A stretch of 64,000 nucleotides of DNA from Octopus vulgaris (Eukaryota): the NCBI GenBank assembly GCA_951406725.2, contig OX597838.1, positions 37,200,001-37,264,000 on the forward strand, written 5' to 3'. This document shows, one piece after another, positions 27,181-40,356 of this stretch. Under the pieces are notes generated by a model. It was not told where the DNA came from. It was given only the letters and a program-made list of their open reading frames with translations, and did no database searches. Made by a program: the position numbers and the translations under genes. Position 1 is the stretch's first letter. Each line of letters begins with the position of its first letter.

Positions 27181-27907
27181 GGATTAAGTCGATTACATCG
27201 ACCCCAGTGCGTAACTGGTACTTAATTTATCGACCCCGAAAGGATGAAAGGCAAAGTCGACCTCGGCGGAATTTGAACTCAGAAATACCGCTAGGCAGTT
27301 CACCCGGCGCGCTAACACCTCTGCCAGCTCGCTGCCTTCACTACTTTTGACATCACTATGCTACCACCTCCACCACACCACCAAAAATTAACCACCAGCA
27401 TTACGACCACCACTGACAACACTACTGCTGCAACTGCCACCACCATCTCCACAACTACCACTAATACCACCATCACCACCACCACACCATCGCCATCATC
27501 ACTACCTTCACCACCATCACCATTACCACCGCCATATCATCGAAGTTACTACCATCATCGAATTACCACCAGTATCAAACCACCACCTCAACCACAACCA
27601 CCACCACCACCACCACCACCACCACCACCATCTTCAGACCACCACCAAAAACCCATAATATAATATAAGTGCCAATACTGTCACCATCACATTTTCACCA
27701 GTATCACCACCACCACAACCATACCACCACTATACCACCACCATACCACCACCATACCACCACCATACCACCGTAGAACCATCAACGGTCTCAGATGTAT
27801 AAAGGTCAGAGAAATTGTCCAATTAATTTGAAATGAGACGAAGGTGTTTCACTTTTTATGACGTTGCACACTTCCACTGCCAAGCTAAGTAATAGCTTAT
27901 CATCTCA

Positions 27908-27967
<60 letters not shown>

Positions 27968-28008
27968 CACTACCACTACTACCACTACTACTACTACCAC
28001 TACTACTA

Positions 28009-28065
<57 letters not shown>

Positions 28066-28650
28066 TTATTTCTACTACTACTACTACTACTACTACTACT
28101 ATTACTACTACAACTACTGCTGCTGCTGCTGCTTCTTGAAACTTCTTCTTTCTTTTCATCTTGCCTACTTTTTCATGACTGCTGTGTATTATCATCGTCA
28201 TCATCATTGTTGCTGCTGTTCCCGTTGTCATCATCATCATTGTCGTCATTATCATTGCCATCATCGTCATCATTTTCCTCATTGTCATTCATGATTGCTG
28301 TCATTCATCATTGTCATTCTCATCATCATCATTACCATCATCATCATCATCATCATCATCATTATTTAACGTCTGTTGTCCATGCTGATGGCATGGTTTG
28401 GCCATTGGCACACAAGCACCATACAATCTACCTTTCACTCTGAGAGAGAGAGCTTTTGTTGCCAACCATGGTAACAGCTCTCTGAACTTCCCCACCCTAT
28501 TCTTATTCTAGAAACAATGCTTATATGTGTGTATTTCTTTGTAAAAGATTGTATTTGTCAGACTGTAATGTATACATTTTGGCTCATTTACTGGGTACAC
28601 TTATGTATATGTGTATGTGTGTGTGTGTGTTTGTGTAAAAAGGTTGAATT

Positions 28651-28805
28651 AGAATGGTTGTATACTGTCAATCTAACACGAATGTGACAGTAGGGGGTAC
28701 ACCACCGCTGTTTAGCCCTAGGAAGCATCGGTACCCCCTACTAAACAGCGGTGGTGTACCCCCTACTGTCATGTTCATGTTAGATTGACAGTATACAACC
28801 ATTCT
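28651..28805. repeat. Foldback inverted repeat with 65-bp arms (28651-28715 / 28741-28805) and a 25-nt spacer
   Basis: agaatggttgtatactgtcaatctaac...ccgctgtttag versus ctaaacagcgg...gttagattgacagtatacaaccattct. Confidence 0.92.
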
Positions 28806-29524
28806 ATCGCCCCACCACCGTACATGTCTCTACGAGAGATTTAGAAATTTAGTATTTCTGAGGTTGAATTAGATTCGTCCTTCAATTTGGAGGTTTCCAA
28901 AAAGAGATTTCTTATATAGATTCTTCATAGTTTATTGGTACCTTACTGGTGTAACTTTGCAAGTATGAAGATATTACTTGTATATATGGTATGTTGTGAA
29001 TTTATAGAAGGGAACCCTATAAAACTCAACGATTTTGATAATCACGGAGTGGTTGGCATTAGGAAGGGCATCCAGCTGTAGAAACACTGCCAGATAAGAC
29101 TGGAGCCTGGTGCAGCCTCCTGGCTTCCCAGATCCCTGGTAGAACCATCCAACCCATGCTAGCATGGAAAACGGACGTTAAATGATAATGATGATGATGA
29201 CGATGATGATGATGGTGAAGAGAAGATGTTAAAATATGTAAGAGAATTTTAATTCATGTAGACGATCGTTTCATACAGTGATATAAAGATCATGCAAATT
29301 CATGGTTGAATAGAAATAATTAAACTGAATTAAATTAATTAATTAATTAATTATGTATCACTGTATTCTTCAGTGCAAGAAGTTTAGACAACATTTTTAC
29401 AAAGGATTTGAGAAAAGAAGCAGCAGAATAGAATCTAGGAGATTCATATTTATCCCTTTGAGAACAAAAAGATGTGAGTCCAGTTAGGTATTATCTAAAG
29501 CATATATATATATATATATATATA

Positions 29525-29725
29525 GGGAATGTTTACGAAAAAAACAAAAGACGAAGGCAGGTGGTGTACGAAACAAACAGATGTATTAGTATAACACTCA
29601 GGAATAGAAAAAGTCCTTAATGTTTCGAGCCTATGCTCTTTCACAGAAAGGGACACAGAGAAAAAGGAGAGAAAAAAAAGAGAAAAAAAGGAGAGAAAAA
29701 AATGTGTGTAGTGGCTAATGATCTA
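29525..29725 (-). mobile_element. Family F short element after (TA)n, with a hammerhead-like motif at ~29615-29650
   Basis: Reverse complement: cttt-CTGTGAA-a-gagc(atag)gctc-GAAAC-att-aagg. Confidence 0.65.
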
Positions 29726-30099
29726 TATTAAAATAAAGGTGAAAGCAAAAAAATTTAATTTACATAGAAAATATAACCATAGAGTCTTTTTATGTTTATA
29801 TTTTCTTTTGTAATTAATTATTTTTTTCAGGTGATGTCAGATATTTTGCTCTTTGATATTTCATTTTAATCTACATCCACCTGCTCAAGGAGAAACCACT
29901 TGTAGTTGTCTTCGATGGGCAGTCTCTACACCACTCTTGTTAGGTGCAGTTGAAGCCAGAGTGTTTTCAGTGAATGAAACTGATCGCTCATAATACAGAC
30001 ATGTTACATTACATCAGTTGACGAAAGTTCTTTGTATATTAAATGTATGTATGTATATATGTATGTGTGTATGACTCTTCTATTTTTTAATTATTATAA

Positions 30100-30862
30100 A
30101 TCTTCCACTGAGGAGGGAACTGGTTTCCAACAAAGATACAAGGCTCCATCTTTGGGATGTAGTTAACACAAAATCACATTTGGAACTTGAGAAAAGTCTT
30201 GCATATTTTTACTATTCCACTCACAGATTGCACTTGTAATGTACGAATCAGCCGGTCGATTGCTTTTTCTGAAAATCCCAGTTTATCCAGTTCTCCTTTA
30301 AGCATTTACTAACAAAACCTAGAGCTCCAATTATTATTGGTATGAATATGAATTCATAGTGTGGATATAGAAGCTGGAGGTTTCGAAGCAGTTCTCCATA
30401 GATATCCTCTTTTTCTTTGATTTTTAAAGAGACTTTTATATCTGCAGGGCAGCTAAACTCTATGATGGTACATACCTTTGCCCCTCTGTCCCAAACAACA
30501 ATATCCGGCGTGTTATGTTAACATTTGTCAGAAGTTTTGATGGGAATATTCCACCAGGATTTCGTTGAGTTGGTGTTTATGAATGTATTCCATAACAAAG
30601 GGATTTTCTAAGTTTATTTCAGGACAGTCTATTTTGCGGATGGCATTGTAAATTGTTTTAGCAACAACATCGTGCCACATAGGGAGGTAGTACTGTGACA
30701 GCATTTTAGGACAGTTGATAGTCACATGCGTCATGTCTTCTACAGAAACATGACATAGCCTACACATGTGGTTGCACCTTGGGATTTACAAGAACTTCAC
30801 TGTCTCTCTTGTTCACCAGGTACATTGTGACGATCTCCTGTTCCTGGACTGCAAATGTGTGC
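30100..30862 (-). pseudogene. Restriction-like endonuclease (RLE) non-LTR retrotransposon 3' end: CCHC knuckle plus PD-(D/E)xK-type nuclease
   Basis: Minus-strand translation gives FAVQEQEIVT, CRLCHVSVEDMTHVTINC, WHDVVAK (RHD-like), HNTPDIVVWD, IIEFSCPAD, PIIIGALG and KICKTFLK, with frameshifts. Confidence 0.88.
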
Positions 30863-30899
30863 AACGTGTATGCATTTGATCAACTAGAAATAGCAGCCA

Positions 30900-31150
30900 A
30901 ATTACATCTCAATATTGGAGCATTGGGTTCAATACCACCCAATCTGAAAAAAATATCTAAAAACCTTAGACATGCCCTACAATCTAGATGTATTGCAGAA
31001 GTCGGCATTACTTGGAACTGCACGGATATTGCATAAAGTACTGTCTGTCTGGGGTCCGCATTGTTACTTGACAAACAGTACAAACCCCCGGCAGACGCAA
31101 TATCTTCTTTCAACAACCTCACAATATTGGATAATGTGCAACGTCTATAA
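30900..31150 (+). mobile_element. R4/Dong-type RLE LINE extreme 3' end
   Basis: IGALGSIPPNLKK...LQKSALLGTARILHKVLSV followed by a 3' UTR and taatag/taat. Same family at 32990-33097 (+) and 47590-47837 (-). Confidence 0.82.
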
Positions 31151-31848
31151 TAGTAATTATTATTCTTTCCAAGCTAGGCACCAGGCCAGCAATTTTAAGG
31201 CAGGGGGCGGGACAAGAAATTTACCATCACTCCAGTACACACCTGGTACTTATTCTATCAACCCCGAAAGAATGAAAGACAAATTTGGCTTCAATACCAT
31301 TTGAAATGCAAACGCTATGTTTATGATGATATAAATGCCACTGAGCATTCTTCCCCGGTGTGTTAATGATTCTGCCAACTTACCACCTCAACTGTTATGT
31401 TATAACGATATATTTTTGCAATAATGAAAGCTATATATTATAAATTATATAGCGTATATCACTTAGTATATAATTTAGCTTACAAACCTGATTAAGGAAG
31501 CAGACTGTAAACTGTGTAAAACCAGAAGAAACTGGACAAATAAATTGGCCAGAATCACTAAGGTATTAATTCAACGGTTAATTACAAATGTTATGTCCAT
31601 AGAAGTAATTTGTCTTTCTGCAACGTTACTAAATAGAAATGAAATAAAAATACACAAAACAAGAGTGAATTATATTTATGTATATGATATGATAATAGTC
31701 CTGCGAATGTAAGGGAACATTAGGGGCTGTGGAGTCAGAAAATCAAATACTGCGAGAAAGATTTGGAAGATTTCATCGTGTTAGACTAATTATAGACATT
31801 TTAAAACAGATACGTGTGTGTATGTGTGTATAGATTTATGTGTGTGTT

Positions 31849-31900
<52 letters not shown>

Positions 31901-32102
31901 AGTATTTATGCATATACATATAGATAGATAGACACAGGTATAGATACACATATATATGTATATATACATGCATATATATATATATGCTTATAAATGAATG
32001 TATATATACATACATATATATCTGTGTGTATATATATATATATGTATATATATACACATACATGTATATATATGTGTATTTGTGTGTGCGTGTGTATCTG
32101 TC

Positions 32103-32134
<32 letters not shown>

Positions 32135-32202
32135 CTTTATACGCACTTATGACAAGTTGTGGTGCACCTGAGCACTGTATACAATAATTTCATTATTATC
32201 AT

Positions 32203-32241
<39 letters not shown>

Positions 32242-32491
32242 ACTATTATTATATATAATATATATATATATATATATATGTAAAGTGGCAAGCTAGTAAA
32301 ATCATTAGCATGTTGAGCGAAATGCTTAGTAGTCTTTGTTTTGAGTTCAAATTCCGCCAAGGTCGACTTTGCCTTTCATCCTTTTGAGGGTCGATTAAAT
32401 AAGTACCAGTTACACACTGGGGTCCATCTAATCAGCTTAATCCCTTTGTCTGTCCTTGTTTGTCTCCTCTATGTGGGCATTAAATAAATAA

Positions 32492-32540
<49 letters not shown>

Positions 32541-33267
32541 GATATATATCTAAGATCTGTTCACTGAACTTGTGTCCTAGCTATGTAGTGTTGGGTTCAA
32601 TCTCACAGTGCCAGACCTTGGGCTGGTGTTTCCTACTATTTCACCTCAGCCGGAGGTTGACTAGGGCCTTGTGAGTGTATTTGGTAGGTAGAATCTGAAA
32701 GAGGCCCATCTACCAAATTCACTCGAACATCCTTAGTTGACCTGGGGTCAAGACACTTGCCTAAGATGCCGTGCAGTCAAACTTTTAAAAATCTATATGG
32801 TTGCAAAGAAAAGGTTCTTAATCATTCGACCAGTCATGCATCAATTGTGTGTGTGTGTGAGTATATACACAGGTGCCGGTGGCAAATGTAAAGCACCTGT
32901 CAGGTGTTGGGCCTCACGTAGACGATGACAAATGATTGAGGCCTTTCGAAATATGCCAGGCTTGAGAATGAGAGCCATCAACAAGCCAAATTATATCTCA
33001 ATATTGGAGCATTGGGTTCAATACCACCCAGTCTGAAAAAATATCTAAAAACCTTAGTTACCCTACAATCTAGATGTATTGCAAAAGTCGGCATTAAGTG
33101 GTTGGCATTAAGAAGGGCATCCAGCTGTTGAAACCCTGCCAAATCAGGCTGGAGTCTGGTTCAGCCCCACCATACACGCCCTGGTCAAACCGTCCAACCC
33201 ATGCCAGCATGGACAATGGATGTTAAAAGATGGTGATGATGATGATGATGATGATAATATATATCAT

Positions 33268-33676
33268 ACTCTTACTCTTTACTCTTTTACTTGTTTCAGT
33301 CATTTGACTGCGACCATGCTGGAGCACCGCCTTTAGTCGAGCAACTCGACCCCGGGACTTATTCTTTTTGTAAGCCCAGTACTTATTCTATCGGTCTCTT
33401 TTTTCCGAACCGCTAAGTGACAGGGACGTAAACACACCAGCATCGGTTGTCAAGCCATGCTAGAGGAACAAACACAGACGCACAAATACACACACATACG
33501 CATATATATATACATATATACGACAGGCTTCTTTGAGTTTCCGTCTACCAAATCCACTCACAAGGCATTGGTCGGCCCGGGGCTATAGCAGGAAACACTT
33601 GCCCAAGATGCCACGCAGTGGGACTGAACCCGGAACCATGTGGTTGGTTAGCAAGCTACTTACCACACAGCCACTC
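33268..33676 (-). mobile_element. SINE family A, near full length
   Basis: Homology to the other A copies. Confidence 0.9.
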
Positions 33677-33885
33677 TATATATATATAGTTGAAATTTAT
33701 ATATACAACCAAAAGACAAAGATAGGTGTATGAACAACAAGCAAGTGTATTAGTTTGATGCTCAGGAAAATGAAAAAAATCTTTTATGTTTTGAGCCTAT
33801 GCGCTTCAACAGAAAGGAATAAGAGAAAATAAACTGAGAGAGAATGAAAATGAAAGAACATGTAGATTTCAGCAGTTCAGCATGG

Positions 33886-33989
<104 letters not shown>

Positions 33990-34006
33990 TCAATCCAAAA
34001 GGCCTT

Positions 34007-34047
<41 letters not shown>

Positions 34048-34262
34048 GGTGAAAATTATAAATCAGGGCAAAAGAAAAAAAGATTTCTATGCCAATATGC
34101 TGAGAATAGACTTTAAATCGTCAATCACCACATATACAATACATCACTATGAATACACATCATGACGAAATTGAGAAAGGCAAGCTAACAGAATGTTTTT
34201 TTAATGCGTTCTCTCTATATTGAATCAATTTTGAGATTAATCCAATGGATTTTTCTCTCATC

Positions 34263-34391
34263 AGAGACGATAAAAAATGGAGCAATAATTGACAGTGAGA
34301 AGTAGATCATTGGTGTTTTTTAAATAATGATTTTAAAACACCAATGATCCGCTTCTCACTGTTAACTATTGCTCCATTTCTTATCATCTCT
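34263..34391. repeat. Inverted repeat (~60-bp arms) within a (TA)n-flanked element
   Basis: agagacgataaaaaatggagcaata...cattggtgtttt versus aaaacaccaatg...tattgctccatttcttatcatctct. Confidence 0.85.
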
Positions 34392-34539
34392 ATATATGTT
34401 AAACCATAGTTTTACCTTTAAATTACCTACTCACCATATACCTTAGAACAAGGACCATTCATACTGAGGTAATTACCAGAAGTATCTATGGATACATCTA
34501 TCCCTTAGAAGGTTACATTACCTCTAACTTATATCTTAC

Positions 34540-34583
<44 letters not shown>

Positions 34584-34584
<1 letters not shown>

Positions 34585-34780
34585 TGGTGTAAACACATAA
34601 ATGTGAAACAAGGTGGAAAAAGAGTACTCAAATACCAGTGGTAGAGTAATATGCTTTATTTAAAGCAGCAGAAAATTCAACAAAACCTGTTACTCTGAGT
34701 TTCACGTTTCCATTCGTCGACAGTTTTTGCTAGCAAAACTCATAGTAACAGGTTTTGTTGAATTTTCTGCTGCTTTAAAT

Positions 34781-34785
<5 letters not shown>
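34584..34785 (-). mobile_element. (TA)n-embedded short element with ~49-bp inverted arms (34654-34702 / 34736-34784) and a degenerate hammerhead
   Basis: Reverse complement: ctgt-C(-)GACGA-atg(gaaa)cgt-GAAAC-tcaga-GTA-acag; one core base is missing. Confidence 0.6.
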
Positions 34786-34821
<36 letters not shown>

Positions 34822-34854
34822 GGAGTTTAACACAGGTATAATTCAAATACTTTT

Positions 34855-34941
34855 ACTTCCGACATGTTTCAAAGATTTCACTGATATTATTCAAAAGGAA
34901 TAAAATGGTATAAAACAATGTAATCTTCTCTTCAGGGAAGT
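34855..34941 (-). ncRNA. Type I hammerhead ribozyme motif (PLE-type) in a (TA)n-flanked element at ~34818-35040
   Basis: Reverse complement: acttcc-CTGAAGA-gaagatt...aatcttt-GAAAC-at-GTC-ggaagt. Stem I has 6 perfect bp, stem II 7 bp (G.U at base), palindromic stem III ACATGT. Confidence 0.8.
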
Positions 34942-35040
34942 GAAGAAATGAAACTCACCAATAAAATATTTTAACAGATTTTTTGGTAACTATTTATCTA
35001 TTTTTTTCCATGTTGTTAACAAGGGAAAAATACACTTATG

Positions 35041-35098
<58 letters not shown>

Positions 35099-36364
35099 GG
35101 TCCCGGGTTGAGTCGGGGTTAACCACAGTAAATAAGGTACTCAATACATAGCAGAGTAAATTAATTTATTTTATAGTTCTAGTCCTGTAGAAGCTCCTTC
35201 TATAAAATAAATTATATATATATATATACATTAGGCTTCCTCTCAGTTTCTTTCTAAATTCACTCACAATGCATTTGAGTTGGTCTAAGTCTATGGTAAA
35301 AAAACGTTTACCTTTGGTACCATGCAATAGGTCTGAATTCCAAACTACATGGTGGCAAAGTGTGTTTTCCTAACCAGAGAAGGAAAATAGAGGGAAAAAA
35401 ATGTTTGAGAAGCATTGATCTAACTCATGCAATCTTAGAAAAATAGACATAAAACATAAACAATATGTGTGATATCTTTGCCTTCTATACCTCTTCCCTA
35501 TTCTCTCTCTCCTCTCTCGTTCCTTCCTCTCCATCTTCTGCTCCTACCTCTGAGAGAGAGTGTTGGGGAGGAAGCTTGATGCAAAACAAACAAAATTGGT
35601 AAACAAAATGAGCCAGATTTGTACAAGGCAGTGATGAAAGTGTGATGAGATCGTTTGACCTGCCCAAGATATAGCAACCGCATCTCCCCCTACATCGCAT
35701 CGCATCCAATCTACTGTCCTAAACAAAGAACAAATTGCACATCGGATAATGGAACAGTCATAGACTTGTCCCTAAAAATGAAATGACCAAGGATATTCAT
35801 GACAAGAATGTCTTTGAGTATATGTCTGTGGAATTAAATTTATTCTACCACTAAGCAACTGAACCAACATCAATCTTGTTTAGTAGCAGCCTCTATAGCC
35901 TGAATAAACGGTTAGTTTCTAGAATTCCATATTGAAATAATGAGATTGTGTTTAACAATATCGAAAATCCATCCCCTTTTTTTTTTTTTTTCCTATTTTC
36001 CTTTTTATTGGCTCCCTCCACCTCCTTTTGCATTTAAGGTAAATATTTGAACGACGACTCTACTGATTTGCAGTTCTTAGCCATTAGTTAGGTACACATC
36101 GTGAAATCCATTGGTTTGTTTTGTCACTGCAATCCATTCCTTGATTAACATCACCCACCCCGCCACGACCACTGTTGTCACTGCCATCTCCTCCACCACC
36201 ACCACCACCACCACATAATGCCCTGATCCTCATCTGACAGTACATTACACTTGTACTTTGTACCTGCCAATCACTGCTATAGAATATTGGCTTTTCATAG
36301 TGGTACTACTACTACTACTACTACTACTGCTACTACTACTACTGCTAATGCTACTAATAATAAT

Positions 36365-36611
36365 GCGCCCTTTTTAAAGCCTAGCCAGTCTCATGGGCCC
36401 GGTTTCCCGGTTTCTGTGGCGTATGTGTTCCCTAGCTGGACGGGACAGCAGTCCATCGCAGCGTTACTCATTTTTGCCTGTTGAGTGGAATGGAGCAACA
36501 TGAAATGAAGTGTTTTGCTCAAGAACACAACGCATCGCCCGCTCCAGGAATCGAACCCACAATCTTATGATCCTGATGCTGACACCCTAACCACTAAGCC
36601 ACGCGCCTCCA
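36365..36611 (-). mobile_element. tRNA-derived SINE (family C head plus V-SINE-like tail)
   Basis: Reverse complement: ggaggcgcgtggcttagtggttagggtgtc...gggttcgattcctgg...gcgatggactgctgtcccgtccagc. Confidence 0.8.
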
Positions 36612-37002
36612 CACTAATAATGATAATGATTTCAAATTTTGGAGGGTGTAAGTTGATTGTATCAGCCCCAGTGCTGAACTGGTATTTATTTTATTAACCC
36701 TGAGAAGATGAAAGGCAAACTCGACCCCAGTGGAGATAACAATTAAGAAACAAGTTACCTCCTCTGATCCATGCATTCATATTGAAGTCCTACATGGTCT
36801 CACATAATCTTGTATATTCCTATCCAAAATGGGATTGAGTACCAACACTTTTAAGCAGGTCACTTGAAGGATTGTGGGTATCCTTTCCACATGAAACCAT
36901 TGGTAGCTTTGTTAATCTGTAAATTAAGAATATTTATGCACCAAATGCTGTGTAAAGCCTTGATTCTCACTATTCGATACTATCACCTAATTACATATAT
37001 AT

Positions 37003-37320
37003 ATCACTATGATCACCGTAACTGACCAGGCTATCACGTGTTGCTACCCATCGCTGGTCACAATGCGCTTCGCATTGTTTTAGCCTTCAAAGGACGCCCC
37101 CCCACTCCCGCTGGCTAAGTGAGCAGGTCAATGGAAGAAAGAATGAGAGAAAGTTGTGGCGAAAGTGTACAGCAGGGATCGCCACCACCACCTGCCGGAG
37201 CCTCGTGGTGCTTTAGGTGTTTTCACTCAATAAACACTCACAACGCTCGGTCTGGGAATCGAAATTCAGATCCTATAACCATGAGTTCACTGCCTTAACC
37301 ACTGGGCCAGTGCACCTCCA
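37003..37320 (-). mobile_element. SINE family H, full length
   Basis: Reverse-complement match to 54657-54965. Confidence 0.85.
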
Positions 37321-37340
37321 CATATATATACATATGTATG

Positions 37341-37384
<44 letters not shown>

Positions 37385-37386
<2 letters not shown>

Positions 37387-37670
37387 AGAAATTAAAAAAG
37401 GAAAATACTTGTACCTCTGAGAACCTAATTTATGTAATAACCTGCTCAGGGTGCGGTCATCAGTACATTGGACAAACGAGTTTGACTTTGAGAAAGAGAA
37501 TCACTCTACATAAGGAGCAAATCCGTTTCCTGCAATACAGACAAATTCCTCTCAGTGAACACATAGAAAAATGTGCAGGTAACATCAAACCAAATTTCAC
37601 AGTCTTCCCTTTCTACCAGTGCAAAGACGCAATCTCTCAACTAGAACGGTTAAATAAAGAAACTTTTTAC
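37385..37670 (+). pseudogene. GIY-YIG endonuclease fragment of a Penelope-like retroelement
   Basis: TCTSENLIYVITCSGCGHQYIGQTSLTLRKRITLHKEQI...SEH...ERLNKE: LIY/YIG motifs with an intervening CxxC and the conserved Arg, His and Glu. Bounded by (TA)n on both sides. Confidence 0.92.
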
Positions 37671-38624
37671 ATATATATATATATATATATGAAAGAATTC
37701 TTTTAGTTTCCATCTACTAAATCCTTTCACAAGTCTTTGGTCAGTTTCAGGTTTCTTGTGGAAGAAGCATTTGCAAGGTTCCATACAGTGGGACTGAACC
37801 CAGAACCATGTGGTTGGGAAGCAAACTTCTTCAGCCACATTATTGTTGAATTTATTGTTGTTGCTGTTGTAGTTGTCACTACTATTATTGCCAGCAGTGG
37901 TTGTTTAATGTGGCTGTTGCTATTCTTGCAAGTATCATCATCATCATCATCGTCATCATCATCAACAAAATCAACATCATCCTTATTATCACCACTACCC
38001 CCACCGCCACCACCACCACTTCTGCTACCACAACCTCCACTACTACAACATCCACTACCACTACTAATACTACTACTTCTACTACTACCATTGCTACTGC
38101 AACTACTATCCCCAAATTCACCACCATCACCACTACTACTTTGACTACCATGGCCACTACTACTACTACTACTACTACTATTGCTGCTGCTGCTGCTACT
38201 ACTGTATGAGGACAACTACTACTACTACTACTATTACTGCTAATATTACTATAACTACTATGATGATTATTACTACTACTATACTGCTGCTGCTACTACT
38301 ACAATGACTACTACTACTACTACTATTACTACTATTACTGCTACTATTACTATAACTACTACAATGACTACTACTACTACTACTACTACTTTGTGCTGCT
38401 GTTGTTGCTAGTAGAGACTGACCATTGCTTTAACAAAAAGAGGAGGACGCTTCCAGAAGATGATGATGAGTAAATATATTTACTTATTCCGAGTGCATGC
38501 TGAACACAATTTAAATCGAATCTGAAGTTTGCAATTAATTAGCGTCATTAACGGCAACTACATCAGCACACAACATCCGACAGCTTAACTGAAGTTCATT
38601 CTGGTATAATGGGATCGAGTTCTA

Positions 38625-38673
<49 letters not shown>

Positions 38674-38811
38674 GGCGGTGCCCCAGCATGGCCACAGCTC
38701 GTAAGCTGAAACTAGAATCAATCAATCAATCAATCAATCAATAATAATAATAATAATAATAAATTATAATAATAATAATAATAAATAATAATAATAATAA
38801 TTTTAAAAATG

Positions 38812-38847
<36 letters not shown>

Positions 38848-38986
38848 GGCGTGCCCAGCATGGCCACGCTCGTAAGCTGAAACTAGAATCAATCAATCAA
38901 TCAATCAATCAATAATAATAATAATAATAATAAATTATAATAATAATAATAATAATAAATAATAATAATAATAATTTTAAAAAATG

Positions 38987-39030
<44 letters not shown>

Positions 39031-39211
39031 CTATTACTACCCATGTATTTTAATTTAACTTTATTTCTATCAAAAAAATTTTTTTTTAATTTTAAAAATG
39101 AACGAACTAGTGAGTTTAGTTTAATGGCCTACCAATGTATACTATGAGTTTCTTTGCCCTAGGAGTCGGGAAGACACTCGGCAAGAAATGGAAGCAAATT
39201 TGAAAGAAGAA

Positions 39212-39258
<47 letters not shown>

Positions 39259-39491
39259 CAATAATAATAATGATAATACTTTCTACTAAAGGTGCAAGGC
39301 ATGAAATTTGGGGGAAGAGTTAAGTTGTTTACATTGACCCCAATGCATAACTGGTACTTATTTCATCAACCCCTGAAAGGATGAAAGTCAAAGTTGACCT
39401 GAGTGCCATTTGAACTCAGAACATAAAACAGTTTTATATTTAAGAGATGAGGAATTATGTACATTATTTACATTCGATGGATATTTGTCCT

Positions 39492-39912
39492 CAGATTTGC
39501 TTGTCGGTTGTTTGACCGTAACCAGTTGAGCATGTCCCTTAGTGGCTGACGATATGTGCATCTCTGATCACGAGCAGAAGTAGTGGGGGAGCATCATAGC
39601 CATGTGTTGAGAGGGATTCTTTGAGGTTTAAATAATTCTGGAAAAGTGTGTGTTTCATTCAACATTCTTGAACAACCCTTATTCAGGGACCTTTTGAGCG
39701 AGATGGACTACTCAACATGAAAACAATTCTAACTGGGCCCCACCTGCAAGGTCATATGCTGTTTATCTTGATATGAGATCATCATGTTGTGCACATTTGT
39801 GATGCAGGTTCCTGGTGTACCCTTATCAGACGGGTTGTCATGATGGGTATACTGGGATTCGTATATTTTATCCCAGTGTCACTTTGATGACATTCATCGC
39901 TTATTCACTCAA
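39492..39912 (+). mobile_element. Family G element (5'-variant or truncated)
   Basis: Homologous to 46987-47548. Confidence 0.85.
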
Positions 39913-40356
39913 TAATATTGGTTTCAAATTTTGGCACAAAGTCAGCATTTTTGGGGGAAGAGAGTAAGTTGACTACATTGACCCCAGTAAGTACCAGTGC
40001 ACAACTGGTACTTACTTTATGAACCCTGAAAGGATGAAAGCAAAAATTGACCTCGGCAGAATTTGAACTCAGAGCATGAAGATAAATGCAATGCCATTAG
40101 GTGAGAATCCATCATTAAGAAAGTGATGAACTCATAGAATCATTATGATGCCAGGCAAAATGATTTGCAGCATTTCGATTGTCATTATGTTCTGAGTTCA
40201 AATTCTGCTACGGTCGACTTTGCCTTTCATCCTTTCGGGGTCAATATATTTATTGACTAATACCCTCCCCTAAGATTTCAGGCCTTGTGCCTACAATAGA
40301 AAATATTATTATTATGATTATTAGTATTATCATGATTATTATTATTATTATTATTA

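Noticed and set aside
29831-29990. Strong-looking acceptor ttttttcag as an extra exon
   Set aside because: Stops occur within ~40 nt in all three frames (immediately in the phase-2 frame). A poison exon cannot be excluded, but nothing supports one.
36755-36925. Possible minus-strand exon (ttacag...gag|gtaac)
   Set aside because: In-frame stops in the frames examined and no partner exons.
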